Source of the DNA: Clostridiales bacterium UBA7573
GTDB taxonomy: Bacteria; Bacillota; Clostridia; Oscillospirales; CAG-272
Direction: 5' to 3'
Assembly: GCA_002477905.1 (NCBI GenBank)
Contig: DLLB01000064.1
Span: 18,683 to 54,044, forward strand
DNA: 35,362 nucleotides
In this document: piece after piece, positions 9,868 through 18,757 of the stretch
Numbering within the stretch: position 1 is the stretch's first letter
Layout: every line of letters begins with the position of its first letter
The notes under the pieces: model-generated
What the model was told of the DNA's origin: nothing
What the model saw: the letters and a program-made list of their open reading frames with translations, nothing else
Database searches by the model: none
Position numbers and translations under genes: made by a program

Positions 9868-10544
9868 CCTATCAGATTGCGATCGACGGACCGGCTGGTT
9901 CCGGCAAAAGCACCCTCGCAAACGAGATTGCCAAAGTGCTGGGATTCGTTCATGTAGACACCGGCGCGCTTTACCGCACGGTGGGACTGTATATGTTCCG
10001 TCATGGGATCGATCCGACAGATGAAGTGGCGGTGACAAACGCGCTTGCCGATATGCATTTGCAGATGTGCTATGAAAATGGGGTGCAGAAAATGTATCTG
10101 GGTGAGGAAGAAGTCAGCGCGCAAATCCGCACCAAAGAAATTTCCGTGTATGCTTCCAAGGTGTCCGCAATCGGCGCGGTACGCGCATATCTTCTGCAAA
10201 CCCAACAGGATTTTGCGTCCTGCCACAACGTTGTGATGGATGGACGGGACATTGGCACAGTGATTTTGCCGCACGCGCAGGTAAAGCTGTTTTTGACAAC
10301 GACGCCGGAGGAATGCGCAAAGCGGCGTTATCTGGAGTTTTTGGCGCAGGGAAAATCCACGACCTATGAAGAAGTGCTGGAGGATCAGCGCAAGCGCGAT
10401 TATGCGGACGCCACCCGTGCAACCGCTCCCTTAAAGCCGGCGCCGGATGCCGTCCTGTTTGATACGACTGCGCTGGATATTCCGGGCGCCACGGCGGCGG
10501 CGCTTGCGATCATTGCGGAAAAGCAAAAAGTCCTGTCCGTGTAA
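9864..10544 (+). CDS. cmk: Cytidylate kinase
   Basis: P-loop IAIDGPAGSGKST and VDTGALYR. The start ATG overlaps the upstream stop (ATGA), with AGGAGGAAG as RBS. The ORF-track start at 9825 is judged too early. Confidence 0.92.
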   Translation: MTYQIAIDGPAGSGKSTLANEIAKVLGFVHVDTGALYRTVGLYMFRHGIDPTDEVAVTNALADMHLQMCYENGVQKMYLGEEEVSAQIRTKEISVYASKVSAIGAVRAYLLQTQQDFASCHNVVMDGRDIGTVILPHAQVKLFLTTTPEECAKRRYLEFLAQGKSTTYEEVLEDQRKRDYADATRATAPLKPAPDAVLFDTTALDIPGATAAALAIIAEKQKVLSV

Positions 10545-10556
10545 AAGGGGATTGTC

Positions 10557-11171
10557 ATGCGTTTTTATCGTTTTGCACATGCGGTTGCCGCGGGGATCAT
10601 CCGACGGATGTTCCGGGTGCAAATTGTCGGCGCGGAGCATGAAATACAAAGCGGCGCCTATTTGCTCTGCTGTAATCATCTGTCCTTGCATGACGCGCAG
10701 ATTCTCGGTGCGTCGTTAAAGCGGCAGTTGCATTTTATTGCGAAAGCGGAGCTGTTTTCCGTGCCGCTTTTGCGGCACCTTGTACGGGCGCTTGGCGCCA
10801 TTCCGGTCAAGCGCGGTGCGCATGATGTGGAAATGGTGCGAACCGCTCTGCGGATGCTTGCAGAGGGGGAAGTGGTGGCGATCTTTCCGGAGGGAACGCG
10901 CCGCCCTGGCGCGCAGTCACTGGCGTTTCCACCGAAATACGGCGCGGGGATGCTCGCGTGCCGCGCGCAAGTCCCAGTGTTGCCCGTGGTCCTGCAAACC
11001 AAGGGAAACCGGATCCGTCTGTTCCGGAAAACCGTTGTGCGCATCGGGGAGCCGATTTCCTGCACGGCGTTGGAAGCGGATGCGTCCAGCAGACAGGAAT
11101 ATGCCCGCGCCGCGGAGCAGATCTATGAACAATTGCGCGTACTCGCGTCGCAAAACGGAGGCAACGAATGA
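10557..11171 (+). CDS. plsC: 1-acyl-sn-glycerol-3-phosphate acyltransferase (LPLAT family)
   Basis: HX4D motif NHLSLHD and the FPEGTR motif. 204 aa. Confidence 0.85.
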   Translation: MRFYRFAHAVAAGIIRRMFRVQIVGAEHEIQSGAYLLCCNHLSLHDAQILGASLKRQLHFIAKAELFSVPLLRHLVRALGAIPVKRGAHDVEMVRTALRMLAEGEVVAIFPEGTRRPGAQSLAFPPKYGAGMLACRAQVPVLPVVLQTKGNRIRLFRKTVVRIGEPISCTALEADASSRQEYARAAEQIYEQLRVLASQNGGNE

Positions 11172-13180
11172 AGATTATCGTGGCAAACAGCGCCGGTTTT
11201 TGTTTTGGCGTCAAGCGCGCCGTGGAAACCGTGGAAGCCTTTTTGCGTGAAAAAAACGGATGGCAGATTGCCACTTTGGGCAATCTCATTCACAATCCGC
11301 AAATGACGGAATCCTTTGCACGAAGCGGCGTGGAAACGATCGAACCGGAGCAGGTAGCGGTTTTTGCTGCAAACGCGACCGCCGAACACCCTGCCGTGCT
11401 GATTTTACGCGCGCATGGTGTGGAAAAACAGACAGAGGAAACCATCCGGCAGATTGCGGCGCAGAATCCGTGGTTTTCCTATGTGGATTGCACCTGCCCT
11501 TATGTGAAAGCCATCCATAAACGGGTAGCGGAAAATACGGATGCCGATACGCATCTGATTATCCTCGGAGACGCGTCTCACCCAGAAGTGCGGGGCATTT
11601 GCAGTTACGCGTCCGGCAAAGTGACGGTTTGTAAGGACATGGAGGAACTTTCTCATGTTCATTTTTGTGAAAAACGAATAGTAATGGTCGCACAAACTAC
11701 GCAGAAACTGTCAGAGTGGAGAAAATGCCAAGAATTTTTAAAAAACCTCTTTACTAATTCAAAAATATTTGATACAATATGTAGTATCACAGAACAGCGA
11801 CAGCAGGAAACGGAAGCACTGGCAAAAAAAGTGGACAGAATGATTGTCATCGGCGGCAGAAACAGTTCCAATACCCGGAAATTGTACGAAATTGCCCGCG
11901 CGACGCAACCGGACACCCTTTTCATTGAACGCGCTTCGGAATTGCCGTCCGGAGTCTGGGAACCGCGCATGTGCGTGGGCGTGACCGCAGGCGCATCGAC
12001 GCCAAGCGGCACTATTGAGGAGGTAAAAAACAAAATGAGCGAACTGCAAAAGAACACCGAGATCCGTGGGGAGGAGAACTTTGAGGAACTGTATGGACAG
12101 GATCCCGGCGTGATGCTACATATAGGCGACATCGTAGTTGGTAAGATCGCATCTGTTTCCGACAGTGAAATCCGCGTAACCTTGGCTGGCGCACCGGTTG
12201 ACGGTGTGATCCCCGCAACAGAAGTATCCGGAAGCGGCAAACTGACCGATCAATTCCATGTCGGCGACGAGATCGAAGCAAAGGTCATCAAGTACAGCGA
12301 CGCATTCGGAGAAGCAACGCTTTCCAAAAAGAGCGTGGACGATAATAAGAACTGGAAGTTCATTGAAGAAGCAAAAGAAAAGGAAACGGTTATCGAAGCG
12401 CCGGTTACCAAAGCGGTAAAAGGCGGCGTTCTGATGGAATATCTCGGCACCGAGCTGTTTGTGCCCGCTTCCCTGTGCGGTCTGCCGAAAGATGCGGATC
12501 TTGCGACTTTGGTCGGCACCACCCAGAAAGCAAAGATCATTGAAATCGACCAGAGAAAGCACCGTGCAGTCGCTTCCATCAAAGTGGTACAGCGGGAAGA
12601 ACGCAAGGCGCAGCAGGCGGCTTTCTGGGATACTGTGGAAGAAGGCAAGCAGTACACCGGTAAGGTCAAGAGCCTGACTTCGTTCGGCGCGTTTGTCGAT
12701 CTTGGCGGCATTGACGGTATGATCCATGTATCCGAACTTTCCTGGAAGCGTATCAAGCATCCGTCTGAAGTGGTAAACGTAGGCGATACCGTCACCGTAT
12801 TTATCAAGAGCTTCGATAAGGAAGCAAAGCGTATTTCTCTTGGTTATAAGACGGAAGAAAGCAATCCGTGGACCATTTTCAGAAACCAATACAAAGTCGG
12901 GGATGTCGTTCCGGTGAAGATCGTCAGCCTGACCACATTCGGCGCATTTGCTGAGATCGTACCGGGGACGGACGGCTTGATCCATCTTTCCCAGTTGTCC
13001 GATCATCGTGTCGCAGACGCAAGTGAAGTGCTGAAAGTCGGCGATGTTGTGGATGCGAAGATCATTGATGTGGATGAAGCGAACCACAGAATCAGTCTCT
13101 CTATCCGTCAGGTTTTGGAAGATGCCAAAGCGGCAGAAGCACCCGCAGAAGCAGAAGAAACGAAAGCAGACGAGGCGTAA
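11168..13180 (+). CDS. ispH: Fusion of 4-hydroxy-3-methylbut-2-enyl diphosphate reductase (IspH/LytB) with a four-domain ribosomal protein S1-like region
   Basis: The N-terminal ~285 aa carry IspH motifs (FCFGVKRAV, CPYV, ICSITEQRQ, GGRNSSNT). The C-terminal half has four S1 repeats (e.g. GKVKSLTSFGAFVDLGGIDGMIHVSELS). ATGA overlap with plsC. This fusion is a known Clostridia arrangement. Confidence 0.9.
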   Translation: MKIIVANSAGFCFGVKRAVETVEAFLREKNGWQIATLGNLIHNPQMTESFARSGVETIEPEQVAVFAANATAEHPAVLILRAHGVEKQTEETIRQIAAQNPWFSYVDCTCPYVKAIHKRVAENTDADTHLIILGDASHPEVRGICSYASGKVTVCKDMEELSHVHFCEKRIVMVAQTTQKLSEWRKCQEFLKNLFTNSKIFDTICSITEQRQQETEALAKKVDRMIVIGGRNSSNTRKLYEIARATQPDTLFIERASELPSGVWEPRMCVGVTAGASTPSGTIEEVKNKMSELQKNTEIRGEENFEELYGQDPGVMLHIGDIVVGKIASVSDSEIRVTLAGAPVDGVIPATEVSGSGKLTDQFHVGDEIEAKVIKYSDAFGEATLSKKSVDDNKNWKFIEEAKEKETVIEAPVTKAVKGGVLMEYLGTELFVPASLCGLPKDADLATLVGTTQKAKIIEIDQRKHRAVASIKVVQREERKAQQAAFWDTVEEGKQYTGKVKSLTSFGAFVDLGGIDGMIHVSELSWKRIKHPSEVVNVGDTVTVFIKSFDKEAKRISLGYKTEESNPWTIFRNQYKVGDVVPVKIVSLTTFGAFAEIVPGTDGLIHLSQLSDHRVADASEVLKVGDVVDAKIIDVDEANHRISLSIRQVLEDAKAAEAPAEAEETKADEA

Positions 13181-13193
13181 TTTTGAAAATCAG

Positions 13194-13240
13194 GAAATCT
13201 TGTGGCAGTTTTAGAAATTGTCACAAGATTTCTTTCCGGT
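13194..13240 (+). terminator. Rho-independent terminator after ispH/S1
   Basis: GAAATCTTGTG ... CACAAGATTTC 11-bp stem followed by a T-rich tract. Confidence 0.7.
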
Positions 13241-13328
13241 TTCTTTTTGCGTTTTGTCTAATTTTGTCGCAAAAAAATGTGCAATCTGCTGATTTTTCGC
13301 AAAGCAAACGTGAAAAATGAAAAAACAG

Positions 13329-13357
13329 TTGCATTTTCATAGGCAATATGCTATAAT
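13329..13357 (+). promoter_or_regulatory. Sigma-A promoter with extended -10 for the 48-aa peptide gene
   Basis: TTGCAT, exact 17-nt spacer ending in TGC, then TATAAT. Preceded by A/T tracts. Confidence 0.65.
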
Positions 13358-13435
13358 AGCATTGTAAAGATTGCATATTTGTGGTGTTACCGCATAAAAT
13401 GCAATGAGCGTAATTCGGTATGGAGGTTTTCCGCA

Positions 13436-13582
13436 ATGAAAAAGTCTTACGAGGCACCTCAGTTTGATACAGTCCTTTTCGCAAAAGAGGACATTCGGAT
13501 GGATAATTTTGAATCCGGAGCAATTAACAATGCAGATGCAAAAGATAATGATTCTGCATGGATTTGGGGCGAGCTGTCCTGA
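13436..13582 (+). CDS. Hypothetical 48-aa acidic Cys-free peptide (MKKSYEAPQFDTVLFAKEDIRMDNFESGAINNADAKDNDSAWIWGELS)
   Basis: GGAGG lies 9 nt upstream of the ATG. The gene has its own consensus promoter and a downstream hairpin. It shares N- and C-terminal motifs with the 70-aa ORF at 30670-30882. Confidence 0.5.
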   Translation: MKKSYEAPQFDTVLFAKEDIRMDNFESGAINNADAKDNDSAWIWGELS

Positions 13583-13681
13583 TTTACGAACGGATTTATT
13601 TTTATTGATGAAGATAGAAGCGGACGGTTTTGACTGTCCGCATGTCTTGTTGCAATCAAAAAATTGTGTCGAAACATAGAA

Positions 13682-13717
13682 AGCGGCTGTCCTTGCCGGT
13701 GCGGGACAGCCGCTTTT
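13682..13717 (+). terminator. Hairpin / probable leaky terminator between the peptide gene and the methyltransferase
   Basis: AGCGGCTGTCC ... GGACAGCCGCT 11-bp GC-rich stem followed by only TTTT. The methyltransferase RBS begins about 15 nt later, and I see no separate promoter. Confidence 0.6.
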
Positions 13718-13742
13718 GGCGGTTTGAAAAAGGGAGAAAACG

Positions 13743-14792
13743 ATGGACGTATGGCAGAAACTACAAACGGAAGAAAAGCCGATTTTGTTGTATGGGATGG
13801 GAAACGGCGCAGATAAGATCCTGCGGGTGTGCGCACAAAAGCAGATCCCGATTGCCGGTGTATTTGCATCGGATGCGTTTGTACGCGGGCACAGCTTTCA
13901 CGGTATGCGCGTGTTGACCTATCGGGAAGCGGTCGCGCAATTTGCACATTTTACAGTGTTACTTGCGTTTGCAACACATTTGCCGGATGTGATGGCGCAA
14001 ATCGCGCAAATTGCACGGGAACAGACGCTGTATGTGCCGGATGTGCCGGTGTGCGGAGAAACGGCTTTTGACGAGGATTTTTTCGAGGAGCATCGCGCGG
14101 CGTTTGCCGCTTCCCGTACATTATTTGCGGATGACGAGAGCCGCAGATTGTTTGACTTGCTTTTGCACTATAAGCTGTCCGGCGAACTTTCCGATTTGTT
14201 CGCCGCGCAGCAACCGCGTGCACAGATGTTTTCATTCGGAAATCCGCACGGTTGGCAAACATATGCCGATCTCGGCGCCTACAACGGGGATACCCTGCGG
14301 GAGATTTTTCAATATGCCGCTCCCACGCGCATTTTTGCGATGGAGCCGGATGCAAGAAATTTCAAAAAGCTGGAGCTTACCGTACAAGAATTGGGACTTT
14401 CGCAAAGTGCAACGTTGGTGCAAGCCGCCGCGTGGGATCGGACGGAAACGGTTCCCTTTGATGCAAGCGGCAACCGCAACGCCGGTATACACGCAGGGAA
14501 AAAAGTGCGGGAGGTGCGCGCGATGCCACCGGACGCGCTGTTTTGCGGCGAAAAGGTGGACTATATTAAATATGATGTGGAGGGCGCCGAACGGCGCGCG
14601 CTCTGCGGCACCGCGCAGACGATCCATGATTTTGCGCCGGATCTGTGCGTTTCCTGTTATCATCGCAACGAAGATCTGTTTGATTTGCCTCTGTTGCTTC
14701 ATGCCATGCATCCGTCGTATCGGCTGTATTTACGCCGCACCCCTTGCCTTCCTGCGTGGGAAATCAATCTGCTTGCCACCGAAGCGAAATGA
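13743..14792 (+). CDS. FkbM-family methyltransferase
   Basis: 349 aa. C-terminal half has YADLGAYNGDT, FAMEPDARNF and IKYDVEGAE motifs typical of FkbM-type SAM methyltransferases. AAGGGAG RBS. Confidence 0.8.
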   Translation: MDVWQKLQTEEKPILLYGMGNGADKILRVCAQKQIPIAGVFASDAFVRGHSFHGMRVLTYREAVAQFAHFTVLLAFATHLPDVMAQIAQIAREQTLYVPDVPVCGETAFDEDFFEEHRAAFAASRTLFADDESRRLFDLLLHYKLSGELSDLFAAQQPRAQMFSFGNPHGWQTYADLGAYNGDTLREIFQYAAPTRIFAMEPDARNFKKLELTVQELGLSQSATLVQAAAWDRTETVPFDASGNRNAGIHAGKKVREVRAMPPDALFCGEKVDYIKYDVEGAERRALCGTAQTIHDFAPDLCVSCYHRNEDLFDLPLLLHAMHPSYRLYLRRTPCLPAWEINLLATEAK

Positions 14793-14834
14793 GGAAAAAC
14801 ATATTTTTGGGGCGATACCGCGGAATCTGATTTC

Positions 14835-14885
14835 AAAAAAGATACGCACACACGTTTCTTTTCAAACATGTGTGCGTATCTTTTT
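14835..14885. terminator. Bidirectional terminator between the convergent methyltransferase and lysC genes
   Basis: AAAAAA, then GATACGCACACA ... TGTGTGCGTATC 12-bp stem, then TTTTT. Confidence 0.75.
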
Positions 14886-14929
14886 GCGCCTTGTGTGGTT
14901 CTAAGCATGCCGGTAAAATGCATAGAATA

Positions 14930-16258
14930 TCAGACGAAAGCATGATAAATGGATTGAATTGCGGCAAGATAGTCCTTTTGGTCTACTCCGATGATGATGT
15001 TTAACTCCGAAGAACCCTGATCGATCATACGGATATTGACATTGCTTTCCGCAATCGCGGTGAAAATGCGGGCGGCGGTTCCTTTGTTCCGGATCATGTT
15101 GCGTCCCACGACGGCAATCAGCGCAAGTCCGTCCTCAATATAGATGCTGTCGGGGTTGACGGAGGTGCAGATCTGATGGATGACACGGTCCCGGTGCTCT
15201 TGGAGCACATCACTTGCCACGATCACGCTCATGGTATCAATGCCGGACGGCAGATGTTCAAAGGAAATTTTTTCTTTTTCAAAAACTTCCAGTACCCTGC
15301 GCCCAAAGCCAAGCTCTGCGTTCATCATATCTTTTTCAATGGTGATTACGCTGAAATTGCGCTTGCCTGCGATACCGGTGATGATGTTGCCGGACGCATC
15401 CTCTTTTTCACTGGCGTGGGAAACGATCATGGTGCCTTTCGCATCGGGATCGTTTGTGTTGCGGATGTTGATCGGGATGCCGGCAAGCCGCACCGGAAAA
15501 ATGGCTTCTTCATGCAGCACAGTTGCCCCCATGTAGGAAAGTTCGCGCAATTCCCGGTAGGTGATGGTTTCGATGGTGCGCGGCTGGTCGATGATGCGGG
15601 GATCTGCCATCATAAAACCGGATACATCCGTCCAGTTTTCGTACAGATCAGCGGCAACGGCGCGTGCGACGATGGCGCCGGTAATGTCCGATCCGCCGCG
15701 GGAGAATGTTTTGATCGTGTCATTCGGCATGGTGCCGTAAAAGCCGGGGATTACAGCGTGGGACAGGTGAAAGAGCCGTTCGGACATCACCTGATTGGTG
15801 CGTTCCGCGTCAAGCGTACCGTCGTCTTTGAAAAAGACGACTTCACTTGCGTCGATAAACGGGTAATTCAGATAAGCGGCAAGGATCTTTCCGTTGAGAA
15901 ACTCCCCGCGGCTGGCGGCGTAGTCGCGCCCTGCGCGGTGAATGAAGGCGTTCTGGATTTCCTGAAAATCCGCTTCCAGCGAAAACTGTAAGCCCAACTC
16001 CTCAATAATTTGACGGAAGCGGTCGGCAATGTGGGAGAAAGCCGCTTGAATATCGTTGCCCTTGGCGGCAAGATCATAGCAGCTGTAAAGCATATCCGTG
16101 ACTTTGGTGTCATCCGCAAACCGTTTTCCCGGTGCGCTGGGAACTACATAACGGCGGCTTGCATCCGCTTTGATAATTGCGGCGACTTTTCGGAATTGCT
16201 CGGCACTTGCAAGAGAACTGCCGCCGAACTTTACAACCTTAATCCTATCGTTTGCCAT
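14930..16258 (-). CDS. lysC: Aspartate kinase
   Basis: 442 aa. N-terminal VKFGGSSLA kinase signature, a C-terminal ACT-like region and an AAAGGAG RBS. Confidence 0.9.
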   Translation of the reverse strand: MANDRIKVVKFGGSSLASAEQFRKVAAIIKADASRRYVVPSAPGKRFADDTKVTDMLYSCYDLAAKGNDIQAAFSHIADRFRQIIEELGLQFSLEADFQEIQNAFIHRAGRDYAASRGEFLNGKILAAYLNYPFIDASEVVFFKDDGTLDAERTNQVMSERLFHLSHAVIPGFYGTMPNDTIKTFSRGGSDITGAIVARAVAADLYENWTDVSGFMMADPRIIDQPRTIETITYRELRELSYMGATVLHEEAIFPVRLAGIPINIRNTNDPDAKGTMIVSHASEKEDASGNIITGIAGKRNFSVITIEKDMMNAELGFGRRVLEVFEKEKISFEHLPSGIDTMSVIVASDVLQEHRDRVIHQICTSVNPDSIYIEDGLALIAVVGRNMIRNKGTAARIFTAIAESNVNIRMIDQGSSELNIIIGVDQKDYLAAIQSIYHAFV

Positions 16259-16339
16259 GTTCGCTCCTTTGGACTGCTTTTGCGCTTTGCGGTCAAAGCG
16301 GTCCCCTTTCTGTCAAAGAAAAATGAAATGATACGTTAT

Positions 16340-16368
16340 ATTATATGATAAAAACCGCGCCTTGTCAA
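16340..16368 (-). promoter_or_regulatory. Consensus sigma-A promoter for lysC
   Basis: On the minus strand: TTGACA, 17-nt spacer, TATAAT. The leader to the ATG is only about 70 nt. Confidence 0.65.
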
Positions 16369-16469
16369 TAGGAAATTGCGTTGTTTTGCGGAGAATGTAA
16401 GAAAATGGCGGCTTTTGCGGACGCTTGAGGGAAAATCGGCGCGTTTTACAGTGAAACGGGGGAAAATCA

Positions 16470-17078
16470 TTGAAACATCAAGCTAAAATCCGCGTGCGGA
16501 TTTCCGTTGCGACGGTATGTTTTTATGTGGCACTTCTGATCTTTGAGCCAAGCGCATACACCTTTCTGCCGCTCCTTGCGGCGGCTTTGCACGAAGGCGG
16601 GCACTTGTGCGTGATGCTTTTGGTCAAGCGACGGGTGGATGCCATCCGGATCTATCCGTTTGGTGTGGATATCCATGCGGAAAACGGCAACACCGGTTAC
16701 TATGATGATCTTGCGGTCGCGCTTGCGGGCGTTGCGGTCAATCTGCTTGCGTTTTTGTTTTGTCTGCCGCATCTTTCTCATCCGAAGGTGGCGCTGTTTG
16801 CAGGTGCGAATCTGCTGTTGTTTTTTGTGAATCTGTTTCCGATTCAGCTATTGGATGGCGGAGAAGCCTTGTATATTCTGCTGTTGCTGCACTTTGCACC
16901 GGATACTGCGCAACGGCATATGCGGCGGATCTCTTTTTGTGCGGTTGTGATTCTGTGGATTGTGGCAACGTATTTCTTCCTTTGTTCCGGATACAATTTT
17001 TCTCTGTTTGCAATGGCGGTTTACCTGTTTGCCTGTATGTTTTTGCGTCCTTATTCCTCACAGGATTACCGAGGATAA
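16470..17078 (+). CDS. M50 family site-2-protease-like membrane metalloprotease (SpoIVFB-like, no CBS domain)
   Basis: HEGGH (HExxH) lies in a TM segment, with a second motif NLFPIQLLDGG. Multiple TM helices. TTG start after GGGGG, so the start is uncertain. Confidence 0.75.
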   Translation: MKHQAKIRVRISVATVCFYVALLIFEPSAYTFLPLLAAALHEGGHLCVMLLVKRRVDAIRIYPFGVDIHAENGNTGYYDDLAVALAGVAVNLLAFLFCLPHLSHPKVALFAGANLLLFFVNLFPIQLLDGGEALYILLLLHFAPDTAQRHMRRISFCAVVILWIVATYFFLCSGYNFSLFAMAVYLFACMFLRPYSSQDYRG

Positions 17079-17083
17079 CGGAG

Positions 17084-17188
17084 AAAACCGGAGAAAATCC
17101 GTGATTTTTTATGATTTCGTCGGAATCCTGACGGAAAATTCGGGAAAATGCAAAAAAATTGCGGATTTTTCAAAAAAATTTGAAAAAA
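17084..17188 (+). promoter_or_regulatory. Helically phased A/T-tract block (UP-element-like, curved DNA) upstream of the pot promoter
   Basis: A4-A7 or T5-T6 runs recur about every 10 bp (17084, 17094, 17105, 17135, 17145, 17152, 17166, 17172, 17183) and end at the -35 box. Confidence 0.5.
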
Positions 17189-17191
17189 CTA

Positions 17192-17220
17192 TTGCATTTT
17201 CAGATGGAATCTGCTACAAT
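17192..17220 (+). promoter_or_regulatory. Sigma-A promoter for the pot operon
   Basis: TTGCAT, 17-nt spacer ending in TGC, TACAAT. Confidence 0.65.
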
Positions 17221-17226
17221 AGCACC

Positions 17227-17596
17227 GTATTTTATGGAAACGAGGTAAAAAGCATTTCCATGGGTGCGGTATATCGCCTCTGCCGCGCACCAAAAAATGC
17301 TTTCAGATCCCTTTGGAAAACCCGTAGGGCAACAGCAGACGCACGGAATTTTGTTTTACTCTTTCTGTGGATGAAACGAGGAGGAGCGTTTTTTTTTCGT
17401 GTATTTGCCGCGGCAGACGCCGCAGGCCGACGGCACGCAAATAAAATTACGAATTCGTTTTATCCGTGTCCGGCGGCTTTCGGTCACGCATCCGGTAAAA
17501 TGTATTGGTAATTCCGGTTTTCGTGCGAAAGTCTCCCGGTTCGGAACAATCAATTTGTACTGCGGCTTCCGCAGACCATTCTGAAGGAGACAAAAA
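17227..17596 (+). promoter_or_regulatory. Long (~370 nt) structured 5-prime leader of potA, class unknown
   Basis: Several hairpins are visible: ATGGAAA/TTTCCAT, GGTGCG/CGCACC, AAAGCATTT/AAATGCTTT, GCGGC/GCCGC, CTGCGG/CCGCAG. There is a candidate terminator at 17359-17397 and an SD-preceded uORF at 17399-17584. Confidence 0.4.
17359..17397 (+). terminator. Candidate attenuator terminator inside the pot leader
   Basis: CTCTTTCT pairs with AGGAGGAG (8 bp including 2 G-U pairs, 12-nt loop), followed by CG and nine T. The stem is weak, so the call is tentative. Confidence 0.35.
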
Positions 17597-18757
17597 ATGA
17601 ACGAAACAAAAAACAAAAAGATCGTAGAGCTGAAGGAGATTTCCAAACAGTTCGACGGCGAGCCGATTTTACGCAAGATCAGTCTGGACATTCACAGCAA
17701 CGAATTTGTCACATTGCTCGGTCCCTCCGGTTGCGGGAAAACCACCACCCTCCGGATCATCGCGGGCTTTTTAACCCCGGATGAGGGAGATGTGATGTTC
17801 GACGGGAAACGGATCAACGATGTACCGCCGTACCGACGCAATGTCAATACCGTGTTCCAAAAATATGCGTTGTTCCCGCATCTGAATGTATTTGAAAATG
17901 TCGCGTTCGGCTTGCGCGTGAAAAAAATGCCGGAAGAACAGATTGTGGAGCAGGTGAAAGCCATGCTCAAAACGGTGAACCTCGCAGGATTTGAGCATCG
18001 TGCGGTCGATCAGCTTTCCGGCGGACAGCAACAGCGTGTGGCGATTGCACGTGCATTGGTCAATCATCCGGAAGTGTTGCTTTTGGATGAGCCGCTTGGC
18101 GCACTGGATCTGAAACTGCGTAAAGATATGCAGAATGAACTGAAAAATATTCAACACCAGACGGGGATTACCTTTATTTATGTCACGCACGATCAGGAAG
18201 AAGCGCTCTCCATGTCCGACCGGATTGTGGTGATGAATGAAGGCGTAATTCAGCAGATCGGTTCCCCGACGGATATTTATAACGAGCCGGTTAACGCGTT
18301 TGTTGCCGACTTTATCGGAGAAAGTAACATTGTGGACGGGATCATGAATGAAGATTGCCGCGTCACCTTCTCCGGAAAATCTTTTGTCTGTGTGGACAAG
18401 GGATTTGCGAAAAACGAACCGGTGGATGTAGTCATCCGTCCGGAGGACGTGGATGTGGTGAAGCCGGAGCAGGGGATGCTGTGCGGCGTGGCGTCTACCG
18501 TCACTTTCAAGGGCGTCCACTATGAGATTATTGTGGACATCAACGGCTTCAAATGGATGATCCAGACCACAGATTATGTGGCGCCCGGTGCGACCATTGG
18601 TCTTTATATCGAACCGGATGCGATCCATATTATGAAAAAGTCCAAGTATTCCGGCACATTCGGCGATTATAGTACATTCAGTGACGAAATGGACACCATT
18701 TCCGATCCGAATGCGTTGCCGGATGAGGAAGATACGGACGAGGAGGCGGAGAACTGA
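17597..18757 (+). CDS. potA: Spermidine/putrescine ABC transporter ATP-binding protein
   Basis: Walker [10 protein letters not shown], signature [15 protein letters not shown], Walker [12 protein letters not shown] and a C-terminal regulatory domain. GAAGGAG RBS. Confidence 0.93.
   Translation: MNETKNKKIVELKEISKQFDGEPILRKISLDIHSNEFVTLLGPSGCGKTTTLRIIAGFLTPDEGDVMFDGKRINDVPPYRRNVNTVFQKYALFPHLNVFENVAFGLRVKKMPEEQIVEQVKAMLKTVNLAGFEHRAVDQLSGGQQQRVAIARALVNHPEVLLLDEPLGALDLKLRKDMQNELKNIQHQTGITFIYVTHDQEEALSMSDRIVVMNEGVIQQIGSPTDIYNEPVNAFVADFIGESNIVDGIMNEDCRVTFSGKSFVCVDKGFAKNEPVDVVIRPEDVDVVKPEQGMLCGVASTVTFKGVHYEIIVDINGFKWMIQTTDYVAPGATIGLYIEPDAIHIMKKSKYSGTFGDYSTFSDEMDTISDPNALPDEEDTDEEAEN

Noticed and set aside
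11168-13180. ispH-S1 fusion as a novelty
   Set aside because: The fusion is real in the sequence, but it is a well-known annotated arrangement in Clostridia, so it is not reported as a finding.
14011-14904. 297-aa same-strand alternative frame inside the FkbM gene
   Set aside because: The translation is Arg/Cys-rich junk with no motifs, and it extends through the bidirectional terminator. The FkbM frame has clear family motifs.
16259-16339. Lysine (L-box) riboswitch upstream of lysC
   Set aside because: The leader between the consensus promoter and the ATG is only about 70 nt. That is too short for an L-box, and it lacks the conserved elements I would expect.
17227-17596. Assignment of the pot leader to a known riboswitch or T-box class
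   Set aside because: I could not find the conserved cores I know for T-box, ykkC/guanidine, TPP, SAM, FMN, cobalamin, purine, glycine, c-di-AMP or c-di-GMP elements. It is kept only as an unclassified structured leader.
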